Notes under the pieces: generated by a model
Told to the model about the DNA's origin: nothing
Seen by the model: the letters and a program-made list of their open reading frames with translations, nothing else
The model's database searches: none
Shown: positions 18,163 through 25,745 of the stretch, in pieces
How positions within the stretch are numbered: position 1 is the first letter of the stretch
Layout of the letters: every line of letters begins with the position of its first letter
Origin: a virus
Lineage: Duplodnaviria; Heunggongvirae; Uroviricota; Caudoviricetes
Virus record (IMG/VR): IMGVR_UViG_3300042564_004737
Direction: 5' to 3' (one strand)
Length of the DNA: 64,000 nt
Position numbers and translations under genes: made by a program

Positions 18163-18405
18163 TTACTTGGCAGCTGGTTTAGCTTCTTCTTTTTTAGCAG
18201 CTGGCTTGGCTTCTTCTTTCTTGGCAGCTGGTTTAGCAGCTGGCTTGGCTTCTTCTTTCTTGGCAGCTGGCGCAGCAGCAGCAGGTGCAGCCGCAGGTGC
18301 AGCAGCAGGTGTAATATTAGAAGGTGCAGCTGGTTTAGCAGCAGGAGCCTGGGCAAATGCAGTGGCAGCAGCCACGGCAGCGATAATAGCGATAAGTTGT
18401 TTCAT
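18163..18405 (-). CDS. secreted Ala/Pro/Lys-repeat protein
   Basis: signal peptide MKQLIAIIAAVAAATAFA; tandem AAKPAAKKEEAKP repeats (also visible as DNA direct repeats 18170-18260). Confidence 0.5.
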   Translation of the reverse strand: MKQLIAIIAAVAAATAFAQAPAAKPAAPSNITPAAAPAAAPAAAAPAAKKEEAKPAAKPAAKKEEAKPAAKKEEAKPAAK

Positions 18406-18494
18406 GAAATTGTCCTTTTGTTTAAAAAAATATATATATCTAACAGTACAACGGATTGTTGTACAACATTATATATGCCGCATTACAAATAAGT

Positions 18495-18530
18495 CAAAAA
18501 AATAGGACCCGAAGGTCCTATTTACTATTT
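18495..18530 (-). terminator. rho-independent terminator ending tRNA/tmRNA operon
   Basis: aggacc-uucg-ggucc followed by UUUUUUU on minus strand. Confidence 0.65.
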
Positions 18531-18865
18531 TCTGTTTCTAAGCATAGTTGCTCAAAGCAGTGTTTAGACTGCTAAGGAGTGGCGTTGTGCTGTACGAGCA
18601 GAGAACTTGACGTTCTTACCTGAAACAGTTACTTCACCTGTATTTGCGTTTGCATTTACGGTTTTTGTGTCTACGGCCGAAATACTCCGACCCTAACGGC
18701 TTCTACATTGCCGGACTGTCCATTTCTTTACTTGTGACCCAATCGATAGCCTGGTCATCCCCACCTAAATATACCTCATACACTTAGGTGGAGATGGTGG
18801 GAGTCGAACCCACGTCTTGAATCCTTTTCTGTCTACTTCATACAGTCTTAACTTTTATTTATTTT
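18500..18865 (-). ncRNA. ssrA: circularly permuted (two-piece) tmRNA, ssrA: acceptor piece ~18865-18787, processing hairpin 18763-18786, coding piece 18762-~18500
   Basis: T-arm GTGGG-TTCGACT-CCCAC + 3' acceptor CATCTCC-A-CC upstream of 5' acceptor GGGGATG (G3:U70); 5' piece GGGGATGACCAGGCTATCGATTGGG matches tmRNA 5' consensus; ORF GCAAACGCA...TTAGCAGTCTAA (…HSLAV*). Confidence 0.6.
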
Positions 18866-18870
18866 ATATT

Positions 18871-18945
18871 TGGTCTCAGTAGCAGGAATCGAACCTACGC
18901 TCCTTGGTCCCAAACCAAGAGTGATACCATTTCACCATACTGAGA
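18871..18945 (-). tRNA. tRNA-Pro(TGG)
   Basis: cloverleaf read by hand; anticodon loop TTTGGGA; CCA encoded. Confidence 0.8.
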
Positions 18946-19111
18946 ATTAACTGGGAATCATTTTTGGCAAGTAAGGCACTGCCCTGGGTCCATGCCGTTG
19001 TTGCAGTAACAAACGAGCTTCTTGTGCATCGTTGGCACCAACCCTGTCCAAGAACTCTCGACCGTTTACTCTTACTGTTGCTTCAAATAGTTTCATACAC
19101 ACCTTTAAAAT

Positions 19112-19187
19112 TGGTACATCCTCACGGTTTCGAACCGCGGACCCTCTCCTTGTAAGGGAGACGCTCTACCCCTGAGCTAAGGATGCA
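19112..19187 (-). tRNA. tRNA-Val(TAC)
   Basis: anticodon loop CTTACAA; T-loop TTCGAAA. Confidence 0.8.
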
Positions 19188-19192
19188 AAAAA

Positions 19193-19268
19193 TGGAGCGG
19201 CTAACCGGGTTCGAACCGGTGACGTCTTGCTTGGCAAGCAAGTACTCTACCAACTGAGCTACAGCCGC
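19193..19268 (-). tRNA. tRNA-Gly(GCC)
   Basis: anticodon loop TTGCCAA. Confidence 0.8.
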
Positions 19269-19278
19269 ATATGTTAAC

Positions 19279-19354
19279 TGGTACCAAGAGACGGGATCGA
19301 ACCGCCCACACACGAATTTTCAATCCGCTGCTCTACCAACTGAGCTATCTTGGT
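19279..19354 (-). tRNA. tRNA-Phe(GAA)
   Basis: anticodon loop TTGAAAA. Confidence 0.75.
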
Positions 19355-19355
19355 G

Positions 19356-19430
19356 TGGTGGAAGTAAGTAGATTCGAACTACTGACCCGCAGCGTATGAA
19401 GCTGCTGCACTACCGCTGTGCTATACTTCC
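19356..19430 (-). tRNA. tRNA-Met/Ile2(CAT) copy 1
   Basis: anticodon loop TTCATAC; perfect acceptor GGAAGTA/TACTTCC. Confidence 0.8.
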
Positions 19431-19440
19431 AGAACTGCTG

Positions 19441-19517
19441 TGGGGTATAGTATGGAATTCGAATCCATGCTGACGGAATCACAATCCGTAGTGCTGACCG
19501 CTGACACTAACTACACC
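19441..19517 (-). tRNA. tRNA-His(GTG) with G-1
   Basis: anticodon loop TTGTGAT; extra 5' G; discriminator C. Confidence 0.75.
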
Positions 19518-19641
19518 ATATAGAAACACACTACGGAGTCGAACCGCCTTGCTAGCTCCTCGCCCGAGGATGGCATTCGAGCAACCCATAACACCCGCCG
19601 CTAAACGGGCTCGTCACTCTATGCTAGTGTGTTTTTATATG
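19516..19641. repeat. palindromic element A (terminal IR CCATATAGAAACACACT / AGTGTGTTTTTATATG, ~90-nt structured core)
   Basis: inverted repeat arms 19516-19532 and 19626-19641; abuts tRNA-His 5' end. Confidence 0.6.
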
Positions 19642-19645
19642 ATCT

Positions 19646-19761
19646 GACCATATAAGAACACATTCGTTTCCTAGCTTTACGGCGGCATGCCTGCTCTTTG
19701 GGATAGCACCTGCGTCCAGTTGCTAGGTATCCACTAACCGTTGAATGTGTTCTTATATGGC
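19646..19761. repeat. palindromic element B (IR GACCATATAAGAACACATTC / GAATGTGTTCTTATATGGC)
   Basis: arms 19646-19665 and 19743-19761; nested inner IR cctagc...gctagg. Confidence 0.6.
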
Positions 19762-19867
19762 GTCGCTACCCTCTGGCGGTCAAGCCTGCTCTTGCGACTT
19801 CTTGGCGATTGCCCATCCCCTATGTGTTGTGACTAGCAACCTAGTTGGTCCGGGATCTACCAATACT

Positions 19868-19996
19868 GACCATAGTTGAATACACTCTCGGCGTAAAGGG
19901 CTTTTTCATCGTGCTAGTTAAGCTACTTCGTTGCGTCCGCCCTGCTAACCAAGCAGACTGTCGGGTCAACCAATGATGAATGTATTCAACTATGGC
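19868..19996. repeat. palindromic element C (IR GACCATAGTTGAATACAC / GAATGTATTCAACTATGGC)
   Basis: arms 19868-19886 and 19978-19996. Confidence 0.55.
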
Positions 19997-20044
19997 AACT
20001 TCTAATTCAAGCAAGGGCGTGTGACCATTGAACTCAAATAGTTT

Positions 20045-20149
20045 TACCATATAGAAACACACTATTGTTTTACAATAAACTACGCTCCTGAGTTTCTGCT
20101 CAGGACCCCATAGGTCTGCCTATGTTTTCTAATGTGTTTTTATATGGTA
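20045..20149. repeat. palindromic element D (IR TACCATATAGAAACACACT / AATGTGTTTTTATATGGTA)
   Basis: arms 20045-20063 and 20131-20149; right arm overlaps 3' CCA of tRNA-Lys. Confidence 0.6.
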
Positions 20150-20220
20150 GGACCACCCGGACTCGAACCGGGAATTGGCAGATTAAAAGTCTGCTGTGAT
20201 AACCATTTCACTATGATCCC
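20145..20220 (-). tRNA. tRNA-Lys(TTT)
   Basis: anticodon loop CTTTTAA. Confidence 0.75.
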
Positions 20221-20365
20221 ATACTCAGTCGTGAATTGTCTTTCGAGTGCCAATCCAGACCGACATGGGATCTGGGTTGACACTACATTTTAGCTGTTCG
20301 CTTCATATAGTCTTTCGTTTAAGTTTTGATTATACAACAATTGCAGAATGTTGTCAACTGTTTTT

Positions 20366-20442
20366 GGTGCGTCCTGAGAGACTCGAACTCCCGGCCCCCG
20401 GCTTCGTAAACCAGTGCTCTGATCCAGCTGAGCTAAAGACGC
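20366..20442 (-). tRNA. tRNA-Arg(ACG)
   Basis: anticodon loop TTACGAA; T-arm GGGAG-TTCGAGT-CTCTC. Confidence 0.7.
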
Positions 20443-20450
20443 ATTGAGTA

Positions 20451-20520
20451 GCCCCGGAGGAAGGAATCGAACCTTCATTGGTTGTATACGGACCTGTGTT
20501 ACCATTACACTACAACCGGG
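20451..20520 (-). tRNA. tRNA-like gene, anticodon unresolved
   Basis: good T-arm GAAGG-TTCGATT-CCTTC and 5-bp acceptor, but anticodon arm could not be folded canonically. Confidence 0.3.
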
Positions 20521-20529
20521 ATAAAAAGA

Positions 20530-20604
20530 TGGTGCCCCACGACAGAATCGAACTGCCATCACAGGATTACAAAACCAGTGTACTGCCATTGTACTAGTAG
20601 GGCT
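20530..20604 (-). tRNA. tRNA-Thr(TGT) (tentative)
   Basis: anticodon loop TTTGTAA with two mismatches in anticodon stem; acceptor GCCCTAC/GTGGGGC. Confidence 0.5.
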
Positions 20605-20610
20605 AAAAAT

Positions 20611-20686
20611 TGGCTCCTCAGGTACGGATCGAACGTACGACATCTTCATTAACAGTGAAGCGCAACTACCGCTGTGCTACTGAGGA
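20611..20686 (-). tRNA. tRNA-Asn(GTT)
   Basis: anticodon loop CTGTTAA; perfect acceptor TCCTCAG/CTGAGGA. Confidence 0.8.
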
Positions 20687-20695
20687 ATAAACCAT

Positions 20696-20787
20696 TGGTG
20701 GAGAATAAGAGATTCGAACTCTTGGAGCCAATTACTTGACCCGACAGGTTAGCAACCTGCTGCCTTCGACCACTCGGCCAACTCTCC
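20696..20787 (-). tRNA. tRNA-Ser(GCT), class II
   Basis: 92 nt, long variable arm; anticodon loop TTGCTAA. Confidence 0.75.
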
Positions 20788-20834
20788 GTTATCTCTATTA
20801 TATAGCAGTTGACCAACAGTGTCAACATATATTT

Positions 20835-20910
20835 GGTGCCGCCACGTGAACTCGAATCACGGACCTTTCGCTTATCAAGCGAATGCTCTAACCAACTGAG
20901 CTATGGAGGC
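20835..20910 (-). tRNA. tRNA-Ile(GAT)
   Basis: anticodon loop TTGATAA. Confidence 0.75.
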
Positions 20911-20917
20911 ATTATTT

Positions 20918-20991
20918 TGGCAGAGGGTACTGGGATCGAACCAGTGATGACAGAGTCAAAGTCTGTAGTGTTGCCGCTACACTAACCCCCA
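20918..20991 (-). tRNA. tRNA-Gln(TTG)
   Basis: anticodon loop CTTTGAC; 1-72 mismatch. Confidence 0.65.
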
Positions 20992-20998
20992 ATAAATT

Positions 20999-21074
20999 TG
21001 GTGGAGGATATCAGGATCGAACTGATTACCTACTGCTTGCAAAGCAGCCGCTCTCCCAAATGAGCTAATCCCCC
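20999..21074 (-). tRNA. tRNA-Ala(TGC)
   Basis: anticodon loop TTTGCAA; G3:U70 in acceptor GGGGGAT/ATCCTCC. Confidence 0.75.
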
Positions 21075-21080
21075 GTTTTT

Positions 21081-21157
21081 TGGCCGGCCCTGAGAGATTC
21101 AAACTCCCAACTTCCAGTTTCGAAGACTGGCACTCTATTCGATTGAGTTAAGGACCG
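21081..21157 (-). tRNA. tRNA-Arg(TCG)
   Basis: anticodon loop CTTCGAA. Confidence 0.75.
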
Positions 21158-21162
21158 ATGTT

Positions 21163-21238
21163 TGGCGTACCGCCAGGGATTCGAACCCCGAACCGCTGGT
21201 TTTGGAGACCAGAACTCTGCCAGTTGAGCTAGCGATAC
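21163..21238 (-). tRNA. tRNA-Trp(CCA)
   Basis: anticodon loop CTCCAAA. Confidence 0.8.
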
Positions 21239-21280
21239 ATTTTAAAAATTCAATACAAATTGCCAATAAGTACTGGTGAC

Positions 21281-21970
21281 ATGAAAAACTTTTTCTTACA
21301 CCAACTTGTTCATCAAAGACACCCGGAATATCAACCATTGACTTCAGTGTTGCCGATATGCAATGTCAAAAACTCAATGGCAAAAAGTCTAAAGGCACTG
21401 TCAAAAATTACATACAACAATGATGATGCCTTCCAGGCGTTTTCGGTCAACAGTAAATATTTTGAACTGATGGCCGAAAATCCAAAAACATTCAATGTAG
21501 ACAACATACCACCGGAGACACTGAGACAATGGGTGTACGATTCCGAGTTTGACGAATTACTAACAAAAAATTCTCACATGGAAGTAAAATTACAAGACCC
21601 AATTCTAAAATTTGTTGTCTCTGAATTTTTGAATGCCATTGGGCTAGATCCGGCTCACCTGGCCGTCAGTCGAGCAAAATTAAACATACAAAAACCTGGT
21701 CAAATATTTCCTTTGCATCTGGACCGAGTTCGGCACAATGACTATCATGCTGACGAAAAACAACTTGTGTCGGATCCATCACATGATAGATTTCTAATTT
21801 TTTTAGAAGATCAGCAACCGGGACAAATGTTTCAATTTGACATGTGTAACATAACATGGTCAGCCGGAGACGTGTTCACTTGGAATGCCCGAGACACCAT
21901 GCATGCATCAGCAAATACAGGATATTGGACCAGAAGACTTCTGTTGATTGATGTGGGCAAAAAGACCTGA
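21281..21970 (+). CDS. hypothetical protein (only sizeable plus-strand gene inside the tRNA region)
   Basis: ORF 21260..21970; probable start MKNFFLHQL at 21281. Confidence 0.45.
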   Translation: MKNFFLHQLVHQRHPEYQPLTSVLPICNVKNSMAKSLKALSKITYNNDDAFQAFSVNSKYFELMAENPKTFNVDNIPPETLRQWVYDSEFDELLTKNSHMEVKLQDPILKFVVSEFLNAIGLDPAHLAVSRAKLNIQKPGQIFPLHLDRVRHNDYHADEKQLVSDPSHDRFLIFLEDQQPGQMFQFDMCNITWSAGDVFTWNARDTMHASANTGYWTRRLLLIDVGKKT

Positions 21971-21999
21971 TCTGATTGCCCGTATTTTCTAACACACTG

Positions 22000-22090
22000 T
22001 TGCCAATGTGTGTATTAAAGCACACTCACCCGAATGGACCTTGTCACCTCCGCCTGCTGTCGGAAGTGTGCTTTAATACGCTGTGATTTT
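22000..22090. repeat. palindromic element E (IR TGTGTATTAAAGCACACT / AGTGTGCTTTAATACG)
   Basis: arms 22008-22025 and 22065-22080. Confidence 0.5.
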
Positions 22091-22184
22091 TCGCTCCACA
22101 AAAGGAGTTTCATCCCACAGGCCGCCCGTTTACAACTTGTTTTAAGTGCGTTGTCAGGACCTCGTTTCCTGGGCATTGCTGCTC

Positions 22185-22355
22185 TTATTCACACTTTGCG
22201 ATCTGCGACGGCCCTTGGGCAGTCTCTCGCTGTTTTGCTGCTCGGTGATGCTGTGCGGCACGTTCGACCTTTTTACGGATCAATTGCTTGAACTGTTCTT
22301 TAGTCAGTGTATGCGTTGCCGTCCACTCTGCTTGCTTAATCTTTTTATCTGTCAT
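22185..22355 (-). CDS. small basic Lys/Arg-rich protein (56 aa)
   Basis: MTDKKIKQAEWTATHTLTKEQFKQLIRKKVERAAQHHRAAKQRETAQGPSQIAKCE; AAGGAA RBS; not in track (<60 aa). Confidence 0.4.
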   Translation of the reverse strand: MTDKKIKQAEWTATHTLTKEQFKQLIRKKVERAAQHHRAAKQRETAQGPSQIAKCE

Positions 22356-22367
22356 TGTTCCTTGCTA

Positions 22368-22412
22368 AAATAAAAAAACCCTGGGTTTTTAATCCAGGGT
22401 CCTTGAAGTTTG
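22368..22412 (-). terminator. rho-independent terminator with conserved 5' flank CAAACTTCAAGGACCCTGG
   Basis: on minus strand ccctgg-auuaaaaa-cccagg then UUUUUUUAUUUU; same module at 29418-29460. Confidence 0.6.
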
Positions 22413-22611
22413 TCGGTTACTGCTGTTATGCGCAACTGCTTTCTTCTCGGACCCTGTGATTCGCTGTAATATTCTTGACACGGCCAAAACCGCGTGACCA
22501 CGGCTGAGCCTGGGTCGTTACGCGATGCATGGGGCTAAAAATATTAGTGTTCATCATAAATCCTATTGTATGTTATTTATCATTCTGTGTCAACCACCGA
22601 TGATTTGTTAT

Positions 22612-22687
22612 TGGTAGCGGGACTTGGATTTGAACCAAGGATTGCGAAGGCTTATGAGACCCTGCCGGTGACCGGACCCTTCCCGCG
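22612..22687 (-). tRNA. tRNA-Met(CAT) copy 2 (C1:U72 mismatch, possibly initiator-like)
   Basis: 76 nt; anticodon loop CTCATAA; T-arm CTTGG-TTCAAAT-CCAAG; CCA encoded. Confidence 0.65.
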
Positions 22688-22699
22688 GTAGTTTATTTA

Positions 22700-22763
22700 T
22701 CTATTCTGAAACACACTATCTGCGGCATTGCAGCCCGCATCAGCTTAATGTGTTTTAGAATAG
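22700..22763. repeat. palindromic element F (IR TCTATTCTGAAACACACT / TAATGTGTTTTAGAATAG)
   Basis: immediately 5' of tRNA-Met copy 2. Confidence 0.55.
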
Positions 22764-23100
22764 TGGAGCACTGAGAATACATGCTTACCCAACAACACCT
22801 CGGACATTATTACGATCCTTGCGAGACCGCTTTCTTCCGACTTCCACCAAGACCCTTGCAGGTTTCCTGGTCTGTTGCCAGCATCGCCGTTTTTAAAGAC
22901 AGGCAGTAGTCTTGTCGCCATATGCTATTCTACGCTTTCTATCCCGTTGACCTTTAGAGCCATTCACTGTCGCTAAACAGTTACGAAACTTCCTGCATAA
23001 ACAGATTTCACCTTGCGAGTTACGTCTGACTTGATTCTCTTGCGAGCCAAGTATTAGATGCTTTTCACATACGACCGAGTCAGTCTTTGCTTTTTAATAG

Positions 23101-23176
23101 TTAGATGGATTTGAACCGTCTGCCTACTCCTTAACAGGGAGTTGCTCTACCAATTGAGCTATAACGAACCTACTGC
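23101..23176 (-). pseudogene. tRNA-Asn(GTT)-like element with defective acceptor stem
   Basis: perfect anticodon arm ACTCC-CTGTTAA-GGAGT and D-arm, T-loop TTCAAAT, but only 5/7 acceptor pairs and C-A mismatch in T stem. Confidence 0.3.
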
Positions 23177-23714
23177 GATGTGCTGACTCAGTTGCTGCAT
23201 AAAGTTTTGCTCTACACAATACAACACACCACGTTCCTTTTGTCTTGCGAACTACTCAGACGTCTTTTGCGATCTGTGTTGACCCCGCCTTTCGACAGCC
23301 TCCACTGACCACTCAAACTGCATACAAGCCCTTGGGTGCAACCCCTCGGACCGATACACTACCCTTTCTCATGCCAATTAACTGGACTGGTTTTGTTGTG
23401 AAGTCAGCACCACCTGTTACTTTCCATCTGCTCCGGTTACCCTTGCGGGCCGGTAAGCCGACGTTCTTTCCACAACATCCAGCGTCATTGTTACCTCCAC
23501 CGGTCTTATCAGTGAAGGGACTCTCGCGAGTCTGAGCAGGCTTGTCTAAACGAACCGTTGCTGGCGGAGTTATGTAGGCATACCTCCTTTGGCTGTGTCA
23601 CCACAGTTATTCTTCACTAGACAGCAAGCTGCCTAGTAGGACATTAAACTGCCCCGGAATCTTATTGTAACATCAACTGTTGAACTTGTCAACACCTAAT
23701 TTTACCAAACTTTA

Positions 23715-23818
23715 TATTGTTGAACACACCACTGAAATTGAGTATGAAGGAATCGAACCTTCTTTCACGCCCCACGTACTCGATGCCCGTTTCAGTCAGG
23801 CTAATGTGCTCAACAATA
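23715..23818. repeat. palindromic element G (IR TATTGTTGAACACACC / AATGTGCTCAACAATA) enclosing a tRNA 3'-half-like T-arm
   Basis: inner GAAGG-TTCGATT-CCTTC T-arm without matching 5' half. Confidence 0.45.
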
Positions 23819-23903
23819 TCAAGTAAGTATCTATTGTATGACAAACATCTTTGCTTGTCAAATTGTTTTGGATAAACTGATAAAAAGTTTATCCAACACG
23901 ATC

Positions 23904-23993
23904 TGGTACCAGCGGAGAGAATCGAACTCTCTCAAAGCCGCTAATCTGGCGGAAAGGGCATATAAGACCCCTCGGACTCCAAGTCTCGCTGGC
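23904..23993 (-). tRNA. class-II-length tRNA-like gene (90 nt), anticodon loop CTTATAT (TAT?) uncertain
   Basis: acceptor GCCAGCG/CGCTGGT + A + CCA, T-arm GAGAG-TTCGATT-CTCTC, long variable hairpin; 3-bp D stem; anticodon stem has G:U pairs. Confidence 0.35.
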
Positions 23994-24369
23994 ATATTGA
24001 ATTTGTTAGAGTAGCAGCACCACGTTATTGCTGCCATTCACCCGAATTAACAAGCTCGAGCGGGAGTCGGTAAGTTACTTGGGATACCGGTCCAGTTGAT
24101 ACGCCGTCATGTATGCCGATCCCACTCAAGCGATCAGCCGGGCATCGAACCCGCAACCTTCTACTGTTTTGGTCCTTCGAAGAAACCTAGACAGCGTGAC
24201 TTTCTCTTGCTAACACTCTAACAAAACTTGGCGCCCCTAACAGGAATTAAACCTGTCTACGTTCAGCTTCAAATCTGACTCGCAACACAGTCCAGGGCAT
24301 AACTTGGCGCAGAACATTTCTGTTTTTATCCGTGTCCAGGAATATTACTCCAGACAAAAACTGCAAATT

Positions 24370-24461
24370 TGGGGCATCATGTGGGATTCGAACCCACGCA
24401 AGAAAACCTTGATGATCATTCAAGGTTGAGGCAAACCGCACCCCGTTACATCCTATGACAC
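24370..24461 (-). tRNA. class-II-length tRNA-like gene (92 nt), anticodon unresolved
   Basis: acceptor GTGTCAT/ATGATGC + C + CCA, T-arm GTGGG-TTCGAAT-CCCAC; internal hairpin CCTTGA-ATGATCA-TCAAGG. Confidence 0.3.
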
Positions 24462-24706
24462 CATAAACTAATTAAGAGCTTGTAGACCAAACTACAATTT
24501 ACCGGTTTCTAGACGAACTCTTAAACTTGGTGGTTAGTGCTGTTGCGACACAGCGACATCCCTTGAGCGAGAGCGTAGGAACTTAATCTACGGGTAAACA
24601 CCTCTTGGGTCGAACAGTCAGGACAATTACTTTTGTAAGGCGTACTAAGCAGCGCCTGTTCAGAGCGCTCCCTTTGGGTTACTTTCATTTCCAACTAACC
24701 AAAACT

Positions 24707-24783
24707 TGGTAGGCCCTCTGTGAGTCGAACACAGCACCAACAGATTATGAGTCTGCTGCTCTAACCAACATGAGCTAAGGGCC
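24707..24783 (-). tRNA. tRNA-Met(CAT) copy 3
   Basis: anticodon loop CTCATAA; T-loop TTCGACT. Confidence 0.75.
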
Positions 24784-24791
24784 TGTTAACT

Positions 24792-24866
24792 TGGCGATGC
24801 GTGGGAGAGTCGAACTCCCGTCTCTGGATAGACAATCCAGGATAATGACCGTTATATGAACGCACC
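24792..24866 (-). tRNA. tRNA-Asp(GTC)
   Basis: anticodon arm CTGGA-TTGTCTA-TCCAG. Confidence 0.8.
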
Positions 24867-25100
24867 TAAATTTGTGAAAATGTTATGAGGACTCTTACCC
24901 CACCGTTGTTTGTATAGGCTGCGCGACCCATACGTCCCGGACACATTTTCTGACCCGGCGGTGTTTACTTTGTGGCTCTTGCTTTCCACTTGATTTCGTT
25001 TCCCGGTCGGAACTTCACCGACAATATACTGCAAGCATCTATGCAGCCTTGTTAATTCATCGCCCACAGGATTTGCATTAGGGCTCTGACGAGAAATATT

Positions 25101-25187
25101 TGGTGGATGAGGTTGGACTTGAACCAACAATGCCATTACGACGGAAGATTTACAGTCTCCTGGGGTTACCAATTTTCCTACACATCC
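25101..25187 (-). tRNA. tRNA-Tyr(GTA), class II
   Basis: 87 nt; anticodon loop CTGTAAA; long variable arm. Confidence 0.7.
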
Positions 25188-25194
25188 AAAAACA

Positions 25195-25269
25195 TGGTAG
25201 AGCATAGCGGAGTCGAACCGCTCTTAGTGGACTGAAAACCCACTGTCCTAACCGATAGACGAATGCTCC
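25195..25269 (-). tRNA. tRNA-Glu(TTC)
   Basis: anticodon loop TTTTCAG. Confidence 0.75.
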
Positions 25270-25274
25270 AAATT

Positions 25275-25409
25275 TATTATATTGAAACGCACTCGGCTCC
25301 CCTTACAACCTTGTTCCTGTCAATTCAGGATGAACCTGGCTCAAGTCCAGCGGCTCCCCTTGGTTGTTTGTATCTGTCAATTCAGATTGAAAATGTGTTT
25401 CAATATAAT
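25275..25409. repeat. palindromic element H (IR TATTATATTGAAACGCACT / AATGTGTTTCAATATAAT) with internal ~45-nt direct repeat
   Basis: internal repeats cggctcccctt...tgtcaattcag x2. Confidence 0.55.
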
Positions 25410-25483
25410 TTCTTGCCGTAGCAAGAAAAAATATTAGTAAATTTTTAAAGAATTCTCTTCAGCTACTCGATCGTTTGCTGCTG

Positions 25484-25502
25484 TTATGTGTGTATTATAG
25501 CA
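25484..25502 (-). promoter_or_regulatory. extended -10 promoter (TGCTATAATACACACATAA) with conserved upstream box CTACTCGATCGTTTG
   Basis: same 45-bp promoter region as 29287-29321; drives tRNA block. Confidence 0.55.
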
Positions 25503-25530
25503 CTGATGCGATTTTGTGTCTACCAGCGCC

Positions 25531-25564
25531 ATAAAAAAACCCGCCTAGTTAGCGGGTCTTTGTG
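25531..25564 (-). terminator. rho-independent terminator
   Basis: acccgc-uaacuag-gcgggu then UUUUUUUU on minus strand. Confidence 0.6.
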
Positions 25565-25674
25565 AATGTAGTACTTTTGTTAACTACAATGGCAAAGACC
25601 CCTGGGACAATCACGCTCATAGGCTATCTCATAGATGGCCGGCGTGTTGTTAGCAGTGAATGTGATTTGCGTAA

Positions 25675-25695
25675 TCATAGTGTATTATATATGCC
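25675..25695 (-). promoter_or_regulatory. promoter motif variant (ATATATAATACACTATGA)
   Basis: gtgtattatatatg core. Confidence 0.4.
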
Positions 25696-25710
25696 TTTTG
25701 TTTAAAAGTC

Positions 25711-25743
25711 AAGAAAAAAGGCTATCAAAGTAGCCTTTTTAAC
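25711..25743. terminator. bidirectional terminator (aggctatcaaagtagcct)
   Basis: same hairpin as 17106-17133. Confidence 0.6.
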
Positions 25744-25745
25744 AT

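Noticed and set aside
18167-18505. Plus-strand ORF 18167..18505 (Ala/Gly-rich) and minus ORF 18144..18356
   Set aside because: Alternative frames of the AAKPAAKKEE repeat gene; only the signal-peptide-bearing minus-strand frame 18163..18405 is coherent.
18788-18830. Initially read as a broken tRNA (T-arm + acceptor 3' strand with no 5' half)
   Set aside because: Reinterpreted as the acceptor piece of a permuted tmRNA because the matching GGGGAUG 5' strand lies immediately downstream after a hairpin loop.
18964-20649. Track ORFs 18964..19155(+), 19122..19313(-), 19841..20062(-), 20247..20447(+), 20290..20649(-)
   Set aside because: They lie entirely over hand-folded tRNA genes and palindromic elements, have no RBS, and biased composition comes from tRNA stems; treated as spurious.
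23245-25205. Track ORFs 23245..23535(+), 24247..24441(-), 24852..25205(-)
   Set aside because: Overlap tRNA/tRNA-like structures, Pro/Arg-rich translations typical of GC-rich RNA genes read as protein; no start context.
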